Of a stretch of DNA of 64,000 nt, positions 1 to 15,181 are shown piece after piece. Origin of the DNA: Chrysomallon squamiferum (lineage: Eukaryota; Animalia; Mollusca); NCBI GenBank assembly GCA_012295275.1, contig CM022666.1:14136001-14200000 (forward strand). The letters run 5' to 3'. Below the pieces are notes generated by a model, which worked only from the letters and a program-made list of their open reading frames with translations, searched no databases and had not been told where the DNA came from. The position numbers were made by a program, and so were the translations under genes. Within the stretch, counting starts at the first letter, position 1. Every line of letters begins with the position of its first letter.

Positions 1-848
1 GTAGAATTGAGTTTCCTTCTCCAATAACAATAGTCATTTCAGTTGCAGAAGCAGTTGTAGCAGCTATGCTAATACTAGTAGTAACAGTAGTGGTGATGGT
101 GGTAGTAATAGTAGTAGTAATAAGTAAGTAAGTAAGTATGTAGGTAATATTAAGTTAAGATAGAGGTGATCATAATGGATCATGTTAGAAGTAGTGATGG
201 CAATTCTGGTAGAGATGATGGTAGTAATAATAGCAGTAATTGTAATAATGGTTGTAGTAATGGTAGTAAAAATAGCAATAGTAGTTGTTGTTGTAGCAGC
301 AACTGGGGCAGTGATTACACTAATTGTTGACGTTGTTGTTGTTGTTGTTGTCACACCGCTCTCTCTCTGACAATGACTGACAGCAGAACAAAGAATGATA
401 AGTAATGTATTTTCTCCGACACCTTGAAATTATTATCACCTGCATCTGTCATACCTTGGGTTTAGACCAGTCATGTAAAAAATGTGTATTTAGTGGTGTC
501 CTAGCATATATTTAATCAGCAGTTGGCACACGAGAGTGATAGTAATACTTGTTTAATCTGAACTTGCCAGCCTCCAGTGGTAGCAGTTGTAATGTATAGT
601 AATGAACACGAAAGATAAAGCCTGCTGCCATCGTATCGCGATTCTACACAGGGTATTTATTACTGCAGTGCGAGGGAAATTGGGGTTAAATGATTCTAGA
701 AATTTTAGCGTTGAGTGCAGATGTACGCTGTAAACAAACAAAAACAGATACAACAAAAATTTAAAAATACACACACGTACAAATGCACCAGACACCCAGT
801 GTTTGACATTCTCTCCTTTACAGACATACTCTCGCACACACAAACAAA

Positions 849-995
849 ATTATATACATGCACATACACATATACGTAATTATATACATGCACATACACA
901 TATACGTAATTATATACATGCACATACACATTCATAAATATATACATGCACATACAAACATTCGTAATTATATACATGCACATACAAACATGCAT
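849..995. repeat. ~30-bp minisatellite, about 5 copies (aattatatacatgcacatacacatatacgt)
   Basis: Directly visible tandem units. Confidence 0.85.
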
Positions 996-3105
996 AATAA
1001 ACCGCAGACAAGTATGAATAAACAGTTTCAGAAATATGTGTTTCTAATGAAAGGAACCATCTGGTCTCCGATGTATTAAGGGATCTGAAAAAGAGACTTT
1101 GCTACAAAATGACGTTAGTGGGTTTTTTTTTGTTTTCCGATAATACGATTTTCTCTGAATGGTTTTTAATATTAAAACAAGCTGAGATGTCACCAACGAA
1201 ATATTCATTTATCATGGTGGATTGAAACAAAGAATAGTTTGAGAATAATAAATATATATATATATATATATATATATTATGCTTGCAGTGGTATAATATA
1301 TGAAGTTACATACTGCATTACGTCATTTGTGTTTGTCTTAACCTTTTAAAGGTGTTTGTCGTTATTGCACTGTGATGTTATTTGCAGTTTGTTGTTCGTT
1401 GTTGAATGTTACTTCTGTTCTTATTGATGAAGATTGATGTTTGTTTTTTTTTTGTTTGTTTTTATAAATCTCATGCAATCCGATCTCTAGTTTATGAAAT
1501 AAGAAAACCTGTTAACTGCAAATGTATTAATAACGTGTTTCCTAATCCTATAATCGATATTAGTGAATATTAAAAAGAAAAACATGAGAAGAAGAAAAAA
1601 GAAAAACAAGAAGAAGAAGAAAAAAAAAGAAAAAAAAAAAAGAAGAAAAAAAAGTACAGCTTTCAAAATGAAAGCCAATACGGAAATTCATTTACAACAT
1701 CCGTTTGTACTCTCGCGAGATTTTCTTGCTTTATGAGCCTAATGCGAGATTACCTGGAGGTGTCAATACTTTCCTTTATTGTTAGCACAGATTAGACGCC
1801 TCCAAACAATGTCAATAGCTTAAACGGTATTGGGGAAAACTGTAATATGAGCAAAATGTGTTTGTTTTGAATTTACTTTATGTTATATAAGAGGTATGTG
1901 TGGAATCACTATGTAAATAAGACAATGAGCTTTCCATAGTGACGTTTTCCAGTCTGTGGTTAGACAATCGAAATTTGAATCAGGTAATTTTTATCGTGAT
2001 CACGTTCCAATAAATATGTCTTGACCTGGTAGCAAAGTTTCTGGGTTTTAGACCCATGAAAACGCGCATGAACTTCAGTTGTTGTAACCACATTTCAAAC
2101 AAAGATTAAAGGAAGTACGTATAAGTTACATGGCTATCAAACGGTAATCTTTTAAACTGAATAACTTATTTTTTTTTTTTTTTTTTTTCAGGTCTTATTT
2201 GCACCAAATCTTACCAACTTAAAGTAACCTTTCACGTGTTTGAGTAGTTCTCTCGTGGAAACACATCATAAATTATCTTCATAAATATTTCTTGTTCTTT
2301 AAATAACAGAGTGCTTAACCTCTTGTATTTAAAAATATTGACCAATAATCAATGTTTGTTTCTGTCACTAAACATGCAATGAACAGTCCATTCTTTAAGT
2401 CAAATACACAAAAAAATCGTCTGTGACAATATATAATGACGCAATGACTATTTTGAATGGTATATGTTTAGATAACAAATCTGTAGATATTTCCAACGAC
2501 TTTAATTTTCTTTTTTAAACAGATACATGAAATCCTGATAGAGCTAATCGATCAGCATAACTCATGATAACTGACTGCTAACTAAATCCTACTACACAAA
2601 TATTTATTTATCTGAGACAGAAGTAGATGAATAAACTTTTAGCTAACACAATGTTATTTCAGTGGTGACACATTTTAAATAACAAATCAGACTGCTGCGG
2701 GAATCTATTACACAGTTTCCATGACGGAATGTATTATCATTCTTATGCGGCCATCTTGTATTACTAGCCTCCTTTCTGAACTTTATTGTATGGCTCACGT
2801 TAACGACACGTTAATACGGAGAAAGGTAAAATTACGTTGTGTGTGTGTGTGTCACCAGTGAATTTGCCCGCTCTGGTTTATTTGAAATAGATTAGAAAGG
2901 TTGATCACGTGATGCAGCAGTGTTTGAGAAAGCGAAGACGTCTGCTCTGGTATAACAATTCAGTTCGGTTCGTTGCAGTCTGATTGACAATTAGTTTAGA
3001 GAAGGTTGGAGAATGTCTCGGAATTTCGTCTTGTTTAATCTTTGAAAAACAGTTCAAGTCGATTGTATAATGATTATTATCAGTATTTACATTGTTATAT
3101 AATTG

Positions 3106-3164
<59 letters not shown>

Positions 3165-3205
3165 TTTACTAAATTATTTTTTTGTTTTTAATTGCGGATC
3201 TCTGA

Positions 3206-3292
<87 letters not shown>

Positions 3293-6198
3293 CACTAATG
3301 AAATTACTTTTCTTTTCAGTTTTATTTGTAAAATAGTAACTAATATAGTAACAAAAGCAACCAGATACTTGTTTAATTCATTAATTTTGTTACCTAAAGA
3401 ACAAAGTAAGCAAAAACAAAGATATCTAAACAAAATCGTAAACAGCTTTCTGGAGTATTTATATTTACATCACCATCGTAACACTTCTGTGGTTTACATT
3501 AAAGGCAATAACGTCTTTGAAATTTAATGTCTAACAGTAAACAATAAACATAAAACGTGTCCTTGAAACCGCCTACATTGTTTCTCTCTAAGCAAAGACA
3601 CAGTTGCCTGGTTAACGCTTTGATGGAGAAGCTCAAAACAATCATCCACCCCCACGTCAAGTGCAAAAGTCCAAATGACAAGATTCACTGTTTTGTCTAG
3701 TGAGAAACAAATACAAAACCTTCACCTATTTATTCCTGTAGTTTCAAACGTTTATCGATACAAAAAAAATATTCTCTTTAAATAAATGCTTTAAGTAACT
3801 AAAACATGATTTATTTAATTATGTTTTTGTTTTTTTTTTTTTTTTTTCTGTGTCTCTCTCGGTTTCTTTTCACTTTTATTTTTGATTATTATTATTATTA
3901 TTTTATATATATATATATTTTTTTTTTTTTTTTCACTCGTGATATGTACGATTACAAAATTACAAATGACATTGCAGTGGGTGACCGATATATCGATAAC
4001 TCTGATATAAGAAGTGTAATGTTTACAGTACTTCAGGAAAACTGGTAAGTAAATTATTGCCATACTTATCAATATTTATGAGATCTTGAAGCTGTATAAA
4101 GTACAACTGTTCAAACAAATACGCTTGCACTGTTATTGACGAAGGCGTCGCGACCACGACAACATCAACAGTAACAACAACAACAACAACAACAACAAAC
4201 AAAAATAATATAAAACTCAACTATAACAATAGTGATAAACTATTGGTAACAAACACAAAGACAAAAAAAAAAAAAAAAAAAAATACGTTTTAGAACAATG
4301 TCAACAATAACAACAACAACAACACAAATTCCTCGCTTTTGTCTACTACATAGGGAAGCTGAAGTAATTCATTACGCAGTGCGATTATGACGTCATTAGC
4401 GTAACCGATGCAACGATGTTAGTGATGACGACAGCGAAGAAAAAAAAAAAATTGGCAAAATATGACGTCATCCAAATCTCCTAGTCCTTGATTATTAATG
4501 GTGACCAGAATATCAAAACATATTTAATAACAAGAACAACAACAAGAACAACAATAATAATAATAATAAATCATTTTAGTTCCGTGAACATGTATTTGAA
4601 AAAAACAAAACAAATAGTTGGCTTGTTGCGTCCTGTTTAAATGAATCATGTTATAGCAGAGTTCATTGTTTATTGTGTTTACACTTTATATATGAATAAT
4701 GATTTACGATGTAAAGTACGCACGAGACAGATATCATTTAAAACAACATCACTGCAGCCGTTGTAAATATTTCATTAACTGTTTAATTTCTGTTGCTGTG
4801 GTTACCGCTGGGGACACGCTGGTTAAATTGAAAACCTGTTGTTGTGTGTTTACTCACATCATTTTGATTAAGTTAGTGTTTATCCAAGCACATCAGTTTT
4901 TAACGTTTGTTGTTTGTTTGTTTAAGTGACATAAATCAGCAACAACAACAGCAGCAACAACAACAGTAATAATAATAACAACAACATGAATAATAATAAC
5001 AATAAGAACAACAACATCAACAAAAACAAAAGACTACCACTACCATGTGAACATCATCCGTAGCATGTAACATCATCAAGAATGACAACAACAGTAATAG
5101 TAACAACAACTGTGGTAATACTAATACTAATGGTAATAGTTATAGCATCTGCTGGTGTTGTAGTAGCAGTAGTAGTAGCAGTAGTAGTAGCAGCAGTAGT
5201 ATGAGAGAAAAGTAATACTGAAAACTACTACTACTGCTGCTACTACCACTGCTACTACTACTGCTACTACAACAACTACATACGCTATAACTACTATACA
5301 CTATATATATACACACACACAGACACACACACACACGCACAACAATCAAAACAATAGATATTAGGTATATAAGTATAATAATAAGTATAATTTTAGCAAA
5401 GTTTAAATTTATTTTATTTTTATTTATTTTTATTTTTTTTGCGTTTCTAACACATGATTTTTCAAAGCTGTCAGCAGCGACTGTTTATTGACATAAACGA
5501 GTTTGCTTTGTGAATTTATGAAAAGAAAACAATCGTTAAGGATTATTTTCAGCTATACGGCGAGCGATCGATGCTATTCTGTCAAGTATTATTACCAAGT
5601 GAACGAGGATTTTCGCGCGAAAATTAATCAGCTGAAAACGAAAAGTAAATAATTCGGTCCAGTATACAGATGAAAAGCAGAACGATATTTAATTTTCGTT
5701 TTTCTTCTTTTTTGAAAAGCTACAAGGAACGAAAAATCGAAAAAAAAAAAAAAAAAAAAAAAAAAGAACCTCTTAAAAAGCACAAATTAAGATTTGTGAT
5801 TTAAGACAAAAATCGATAATCTGAGCAAAACGAAAACAGAATGACATAAGAGAGAGTGTGTGGAGTGTAAAATGTATGGGGGGTGATGTCAGGTTTGTGG
5901 AGATGGTTTGTCTGGGCAGGTGTGTGTCTGTGCTATTTATTAAGCTAGATGTGGATGCCTGTGTCTAATTGTGCTTACTTTTGTACCTGTGATTATACCT
6001 TTTAATGTCTTCTTACAAATGGTCTTATGTGTCTGTGTATATTTTTATTTTTTATTTACATATGTTTCTACAGATACAAGCGTATACAATATGAGGATAT
6101 CATGTTTTGGACTGTGGAAAACAATACACAAGAAGCATACACGTTTGTCTGTGTGTGCGTGTGGATGTGCGTGCATATGTCATTTTCCTTCCTCATGC

Positions 6199-6294
<96 letters not shown>

Positions 6295-6854
6295 CTCCCT
6301 CTAACTCCCTCTCTTTTTGTAATGAAATACTTTTGTTTTTCTGTTTTATATCTAAATAATAACTACTACAGTTACAATTTGAAACTACTATATTAATGGC
6401 ACAAAGAGTTTTCAACGATTTAATGCAGAGGTATTGAATTACCAAACTGCCTGCGGAGTTGAAGATGTTTTATTGGTAAATACTGACACGACAAACCGCA
6501 GCGGCTACTGATATAACACAGAATATGTAACGAAATCCTCCTTCAAGCCAAACAGACACCAGTGTAATATATTTCATCTGTAGGACAGTGTTGTCCATTC
6601 TCCAAAGATCTGGGTCCTTTTAGCTGAATGCCAATGAAATGAAAACCTATGACCTATGTAACGAATAATAGTTGTTATCTAATATCGTCATACAATACGT
6701 CTCACTGTTCATCTCTTGTATTTAGAAGTGTCCAGAACACACTAAACCATGATTTGCTTGATGTTATATATTTATTTTATTTTGTTAGGACTTTATAACA
6801 CGAATAGTTATTTGACTTAAAGAAGAGAAAGAAGAATGGGGTAGGATTAGAGGT

Positions 6855-6941
<87 letters not shown>

Positions 6942-7299
6942 AAAGATTGATGATGATGATGATGATGATGATGATGACGATCACCGTAAATAGGAATTAG
7001 AAGATTTTTTCATTTTAAAATTAACAATGTATATTCTAATATATAACCAAATATAGTTTTATATAAATAGAATAAATATCATCACGCTGTAATTATGTTG
7101 ACTCAGATTACGAGAACGTCATTAAAGATAATTAATTAATATTTATTTATATATAATATAAACACACTGAAGAGAAGAGATCGATATTTCAGACAGCATC
7201 GTATTTTCAAATTAGTCAGCAACAACAACAACGTTTACACTTTCACTCAGTCAATCGATTTATCAGTTATTTCTTTTCTTCATTTTTAATACATATACA

Positions 7300-7406
<107 letters not shown>

Positions 7407-8594
7407 TCTCTCTCTGTTTGTCTCTCTCTCTCTCTCATACACACACAGAGAACAAGACAGACAGACACACACACACACACACACACACATATTAATTAAT
7501 TAATTCAGTTAAGTGCACAAAGGTTATTTCGTTAAGACAATTCATCTCCGTCAACATTTTCCATTCAGACGTTCATAAAAGTAACAAATTAAACGCCAAA
7601 TATGGTGGGCTATATATTTAAATACGGGCCTTTTCCGACAAAGCTTTCTTCAAAATGTTTGAGGTATGTTTATGACGGCAGCTCTAGGTTATTCATTTCA
7701 CTGAAATCAGTGGCAGTTCTAGCGGATGTAAGGGGTTTGTGGTGTCTGCTGCAGTTTTTGCCTGAATACTTTCGAATATGCACTCCAGAAAAATCAAAAT
7801 AAATCTTATGAAGTGCTTTCACTGTTATCTAGTTTCGCGAATATTTTTTCTTAATTTTTTGCGATTACAACTTCACAGGTCGTTAATGTTTGGAAAATTC
7901 GTCACACATTAATTATATTAAAAATAATAATAATAAGAAGAAGAAAAAAAAAAAAAAAATAAGTCGACTGTGTATGTTTATTTATATTTTTGTATCCTAT
8001 AACAGAGAAAGAAATGAGAAAAGATAATAAAAAAAAATAAAAAAATAAAAAATATAAGTATCGGAAAGAGACAGACAGAAAAGACAAAGTCACATAAAAA
8101 GACAGAAGGAAAAGAAGAAAAGGCAACGTTCTAAAAATAGATCAAATACGACTCTCTATTGACCATTGCCTATCTCAAGGTTTCGCTGAAAAACACCTGT
8201 TTCTGCTCCTTCACTGTGACACTGACACCTGACAATGTGTCAGTCACTTGATCGTTATTCTATAAATAGGACTAGGCATCCATTTTTTTCTTTTCCAATT
8301 TGTTTTTTTGTTTTTAAAGAAATAAAAAAAAAAAAAAAAAAAAAAAAAACGGATAAAAGAAAAAGAGAAGAAATAATTTTAAAAAAATAAAATTAAATTA
8401 AAAACAATAGACCTGGTTTTTCAAATTCTTTGACTCTATTTGTAAGTTTTCTTTTTTAATTACTATTATTATTATTATTATTGTTGTTATTATTATTTTT
8501 AATAAAGCAACGGATGGTTTAGGTTTTAGAAATGTATATATATGTTTGTCTGAGTGTATGTGTGTGTCTGTCTGTATGTCTGTCTGGTATGTAC

Positions 8595-8667
<73 letters not shown>

Positions 8668-9889
8668 GAATGTACGCACATTTATATGCGTTTCTGTTCA
8701 GTCTGTACTTCAGTATTTGTATATTTACGTACGGGAATTTTAAATAAAAACACCACACATTACTCTAGTCTGTTTTACGATGAATATTTTAAAATAACGA
8801 GCAACTTATACTCACTAGTTGTGATTGAAATAATGTCGTTCATGCGTGCGTACGGGCAATTTGTCGATGAATGCAAAGTCTACAAACCTCTAATCTCACA
8901 GGGAATCGACAGATGCTTACTGTAAGATAAATAAACTTTTCTACTGTGTGAGATCCGCGACAGATAAAAGGTCGCAGGATCGACTCTCGAGGTGCGACCA
9001 GTACAGTGTTTATCATTTCAGACATCTCTGTATATCGACTATTGTAAGGTGTAGATATATCAAGTATGTTACAGTTAATCGATTGTATATGGTTATTGTT
9101 ATTACAGCATACAAGGACAGAAAACACGTACGCAAAAAAAAAAAAAAAAAAAACGCACGTATATCTACATAAATAATAATAACAGTAGCTACAGTAATAA
9201 TAATAATAATAATGAAAACAGAAATAACAATGAAAATGGTGAAAATGATAATAGTGATAACAATAAAAACAACGGTAATAATAATAATAATAATGATAAT
9301 AACAATAATAATAATATTAATAATCATAATATAATGTAATATTAATAATTACGTTCTGAGCTTTCGTTAAAAAAAATATACATTTATTCATTTATTCATT
9401 TATTCATTTACATAGACTTTCATGCGTATCTTTCAAACTGCATTAAAACCACGCGGTATCCATTTAATAATTTTAACACCCGAAAAACTTCAACGAAGTC
9501 ACCTTGTAGCTTTGTGCTTTAAAGGTGACATTCCAGTTGCCACACCTCGGTGATTCTGTGCGGTTTAGATTATATTTAAGTGCATTTTTAAAAAAAACAT
9601 ATAATACCATAGTTTCGATTTCCTACTGTGTCACTGTATAATGTGTCACATACGTTTTGAGTTACAGTATTACTTGGCAAGACCCTCGTTAATTTCAGAA
9701 TGTACACGAAGCTGTTACAGCTTGCAAAATATTATCAGATGTGATTTTTTGTTCAGTGTATCAAACTATGCATATATATGTGTATGTACGTGTGTGTGTG
9801 TGTGTGTGTGTGCACAGAGAGAGAAAGAGATAGACAGACAGATAGACAGACAGACAGAGAGACAGAGAGAAAGACAGACAGACAGAGAG

Positions 9890-9990
<101 letters not shown>

Positions 9991-10549
9991 CAGACAGACA
10001 GACAGACACACATATAATTATGTAGGGCATCCTTCAATTTTATCTTTCATTCGATATTAACTTCTTCCTAGTTCTTTCTGACCCGATTGTTTCGTTCTTT
10101 TATTCTTTTCCGTCTTCTTTCTTGTTTGTTTTTTTCACTATAGAAACACATTTGAGCATTTATTGTATACTTGAATAATAAAAGTTGGTGATGCACACTT
10201 GAACGAGTTTTAAGAGTTAATAGATACGTTTCAGTGATTCTCAAAAGAAACACATTTTTTCTCCCACGTACTACTAGAAAGGCATCGCTGAGAACGAAAA
10301 GAATTTTTTTATTTTTTTTTTATTATTATTATTTTTTTAATAACAGTAAAGAACACTAGAAAACATACTTGGATATAACAATAGGAAAGAAGAATGTGGA
10401 AAAGAATGTGGGCTATCTGCAGTTCATGGGATGGAATAGGTTTAATGCTTTCAGTCGAAGTTCTTGTCCTTTCTTGTTTTTCTTTTTTCTTTTTACTACT
10501 ACTACTACTATTACCATTAGCACTACTACAAAAGCTGCGACTGCTATTC

Positions 10550-10581
<32 letters not shown>

Positions 10582-11410
10582 TATCTATTTTGTATTATTT
10601 TATTTAATGCCATTTAACTTTTTTGTACATTTTATTATATACTTTGTCTTTTTGACAAGATCAACGTGAGAGAACAAACCACTCTTAAGAGATACTTCAG
10701 TACATTATGTAAGACCAATTACTAGGCATCAACTGTACATGTTCGTTTGGACATATCTTTATGCGTTTAAGTCCAGTTGTTAGAAATAAGAAAACCCTCT
10801 TTTTCTTAACTATTCGTATTCACCAGTAGCCACCTTTCATAACGTACAAAAAAACAAATAACGAATCTTGATTATATTTGGAAAAAACCAACAAAAACGG
10901 ACGGTTCCCTGAAGATGAATTGACTATGTAATTTACGGCCTGTCAGATATGTATTATGTTGCCCTTCTAAATACTAGGATATTTTATTACACAATTTTGT
11001 AGGCATTACAGTAAGAACCCAGACTACTGATGCATGACAGACCTTGGACCACGTTCGATCGTGTGGGAAGATTGTTAACCAGGTAAAGTCACGTCACAGA
11101 AAGACAAAAGTCGATTATCTCTGTCGGAATTTTTCGTATGCGTTTGAAACTGAACAATAGTTAATAATTATAAATACAATATTATTTCGTTTATTTGTTG
11201 ATTCAGTGGCAGGTTCAAAAGTATTCGAATTGTGCTGCAGGTTTTAGTTTGTTATATACACACGTTACAAAATTAAATCGTTTGCATAATACAAACTAGA
11301 ATAATTATCGATAGAACACCTAATTCATTTGTTTTCTCGCGTGCACGTATGAAATCTCGCGTGACCGTTATTCACGAGATTTGGCTGGTAGAATTCTTAT
11401 CACTATTGTA

Positions 11411-11457
<47 letters not shown>

Positions 11458-12219
11458 ATACAAAATAAACAGAACCCAGACCTATTATTTAGTAGTTTAT
11501 TTCATGGGTAAAAGTTTTATTTTTGTCGAGACACAGTCTGCCGCAGTGAAATCTACAACGGCCACCTGTTTTAATCACGTCTGTTCAATGAAATGAAAAG
11601 TTAACGACACAGAACAAACTGGCGCAGACGATTTTTTTTTTTTTTTTTTTTTCCCCCGTTTACACTTGATCTTCTCTGGTCAAATGTAAAATTGTCGTTT
11701 CACCTCTTTTGATGAAATCTCAATTATCGTTAATACAACAGGTCAAATGGCGAGCGCTTACCACCTCGGCATGCTTCATTCCCTTTCTGGTATTGACGCT
11801 ATTGACTAACGCCATTTACCGGATTTTGTTTTAAGTCTGCGCTAAACAGATAATTACCAAGTTCGTGCAGTCAGGCTTAAGGATGAAAACATTACTAAAT
11901 CTGTGGTCTTCACTTCTGCCCTTAACGTTCACTAGATACTCGTGTCTGTACATATATAAAAAAGAATATTTGTTTAACGATACTTTAGCCTACTTTGTTA
12001 GCCGATGCTATTCAAGATGGTCAATAAAAGAAAGACTTTGTGTATATATATAGGAATTCTTCTCAGGATCGGAAAGGGTGTGCTTTGCTAGACTGGTTTG
12101 AAACGTTATCTGTCAACCCACTTTTTTCTTTATCTCTCACTTTTTTTTGTCCTGATCTTAGAGGTGTAGTTGAGGCTGATGTATTAAACCTTTGCAGTAC
12201 CGTTTTCTACTTCTGACAA

Positions 12220-12620
12220 TGTAGTAGTAGTCGTAAAAGTTGTAGTAGTAGTAGTAGAAACAGCAGCAGCAACAAAAGTACAAATAGTAGTAGTAGCAGT
12301 AACAGTCGTAGTAGTAACGGTAGTGATAGCAGTGGCAAGACTATTAATGGTAATAGTAGCAACAATAATAGTAGTTGTTGTAGTAATAGTAGTAGTAAAC
12401 GTAGCAGTAGTATATGTAGAAGTAGAAGTAATGGTAGTAGAAGTAGTTGTAGTTGTAGTAATAGTAGTAGAAAAAGCAGAAATAATAGAATTAGTAGTAG
12501 TAGAATCAACAGTAGTAGTAGTAGTAGTAATAGTTGTAGTAGAGTTGTAGTAGTAGTTGTAGTAGTAGTAGTAGTATTTGTAGTAGTAGTAGTAGTAGTA
12601 GAATCAGCACTAGTGGTATT
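12220..12620. repeat. (AGT)n-type degenerate trinucleotide tract
   Basis: Runs of gtagta/gtaata. Similar tracts lie at 60-350, 15030-15400, 39490-39590, 55180-55410 and 60030-60260. Confidence 0.85.
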
Positions 12621-13369
12621 AGCAGTTACCGTAGTAAAAATAAAATGAAAAGGAAGAGAAATAATGGCTTCTTTTCTTGTTCATTTGTCAAGAGCCACTC
12701 GAGGGTTAAAGCGATAAACGCAAGCAACATAAGTCTTAAAGGCAAGAAACATAAGTCTTAAAGGCAAAAGCGGTCATTAGAACGTGCAACTGTCGCTCGG
12801 ACCCTTCTGATGTCTGTTTTAAAAGTGCTCCTGTCGCCCTTGGCAATACAACATGTACAGTCATTATAGCGAGGTTCACAACAATAATGAGAAGGAATTT
12901 ACACCCTACAAAAGACAATGGCCGGCATTGACGCTTTTATTTCAGTTTCGACCTTATTGGACGGCGTGAAGCCGAAGGGTCGTCTGCAGACCAAAAAACA
13001 GCTATTACGTTCATCGAGGAATTCTTTTTGTTTTTGCTGTAAATTTAAGTTATGGTTACATACATTAATTATTTTTGTCATAAATGTTAGAATATTTACT
13101 GTTGCTGTTCACAAACATTCATATTTTTTGTGAAGAAAATGATATATATATATATATATATAATTACTCTTTAGATCAATATGTATTGAAAAATACTTTA
13201 GGATCTAATTAAATGAAATATAGAAATTTTGTTAATGGTTAAGGCAATAGATTAAAACAAAGCATGTGCGTGCATGTGATGGATTCGTTTCATTAAACAG
13301 AAAAACATAATGTTAATACGATATTCTGAGCAATGGATGATATAGCAATACCAATGGATGAACTAGGTG

Positions 13370-13447
<78 letters not shown>

Positions 13448-14861
13448 GATTCGTTCTCTTAACGTTTCAAAATGAGAAAATCCACGATAAGAGCAAAACA
13501 GTTAAGAAAGACAGTCAGAAATTTCACTTGTACACATACATAAAACATACGTCCATATTTCAAACAAAACAAAAAATCGCCAAAGGGTAGACACCTAACT
13601 GTCAATATTTGTTACGCTAAACGGTCAATGACCGGCCTGTAAGAGCACAATGTGACTGATAGTAATTAGAATAATATTTCTAGCAAATTCAGGCAGTCGA
13701 CAAAAAATAAAAAAAGTAAAAATTTAATGAAGGAAATAGATCAAATGGTTGCCAATCTCCATATCTAAATTCTGCATGTGCGGTCTTTCACCTGTCTTCC
13801 CGTCATATATCACTATCTAAAACTGTCACATGTCGTATTCTGCAGTAGTAAATGGATTAAAAATGCCCTGCCATTGGCTTGTCACAAGTTCAGCGTTTCT
13901 AGGTTAATCCCATGCTGCAGGCACGTGCTGTGCACAGTCACGTGAACATTTTACTTTCGCGTTTTAAGAAAATGATAATCAAGAATAGCCGTGCTTCAGA
14001 AATTAAGTGTAATTTAAACCGTGTGTACTTTAACTGAAAAATAACTTAACTGTTTAAGTGCCATGGAAAATGGGCTGTTATTTTCATCAGGTGAAGCGAT
14101 GTTTGTTAAATTAATTCGAAATGAGAGACAGAACATCTTTTCCTCACGTGCGCGCGCGCGCTATTTACTACATACACACATACAGACTGACTAAGCTTGT
14201 TTTCCCCATTATTTGATATTTATTTATTCATTTATTCATTCATTAATAATTTATTTTTAAAATTAATATATATATATATATATATTTTTTTTTTTTTCTT
14301 TGTTATTTTCTTTTCTTTCAAATTTATATCTTTTTTATACATAGCGGTTTGTGTTGCTATTTTAATGAATGAATAATAAAACAATTTATATTACGAATGA
14401 CACCGGCAGCACACAACCCGGCCTTCTTTAACAGACAGAAATAATTCATTTGTCACCGCCACCAAGATAGCCTGATTCCATCACAGCACAAAACCAACAC
14501 ATTTACAAACTTGGTAACAGAAACGAACTGATTAGGCTGGAAATAGACAACTCGGAGACAGAACTCCAGCGAGCTGGTTTACTTCCGGCTCAGTGCTGAG
14601 TAAACACGGTATTTACTTTTGACCACACACAGTCAACACAACGTTCCGTTACGTGCCGGTAACACCGACCATGACGTCGCCGTAGTCGATGGTAGAGACG
14701 CACTCCTGAGATGTGCTGTTGTTTGCTGAAACACCACTGCAAGCGACAAGACAAGACAAGGGATGCGGTGATGAGGACCAAAACAAAAAATGGTGACCTT
14801 CACGAAATTATAATTGTACCAAAGTAAAAATAAATGTTTGATAACAACAACAGTAAAGACC

Positions 14862-14911
<50 letters not shown>

Positions 14912-15144
14912 AATAATAATAATGATAACAAACAAGTAAATAAATTAAAATCAAAACAAACGTCCATTAGAATTATTATTACTACTACCACCATATCAAC
15001 CACCATTACTATGCCATATCGACCACCACTATTACGACTATCACAACTACTACGACTACTACGACTACTACTATTGCAACCACAACTATTAAACCTGCTG
15101 CTACTACTATCATCAGTATACTACTACTACTACTACTACTACTG

Positions 15145-15181
<37 letters not shown>

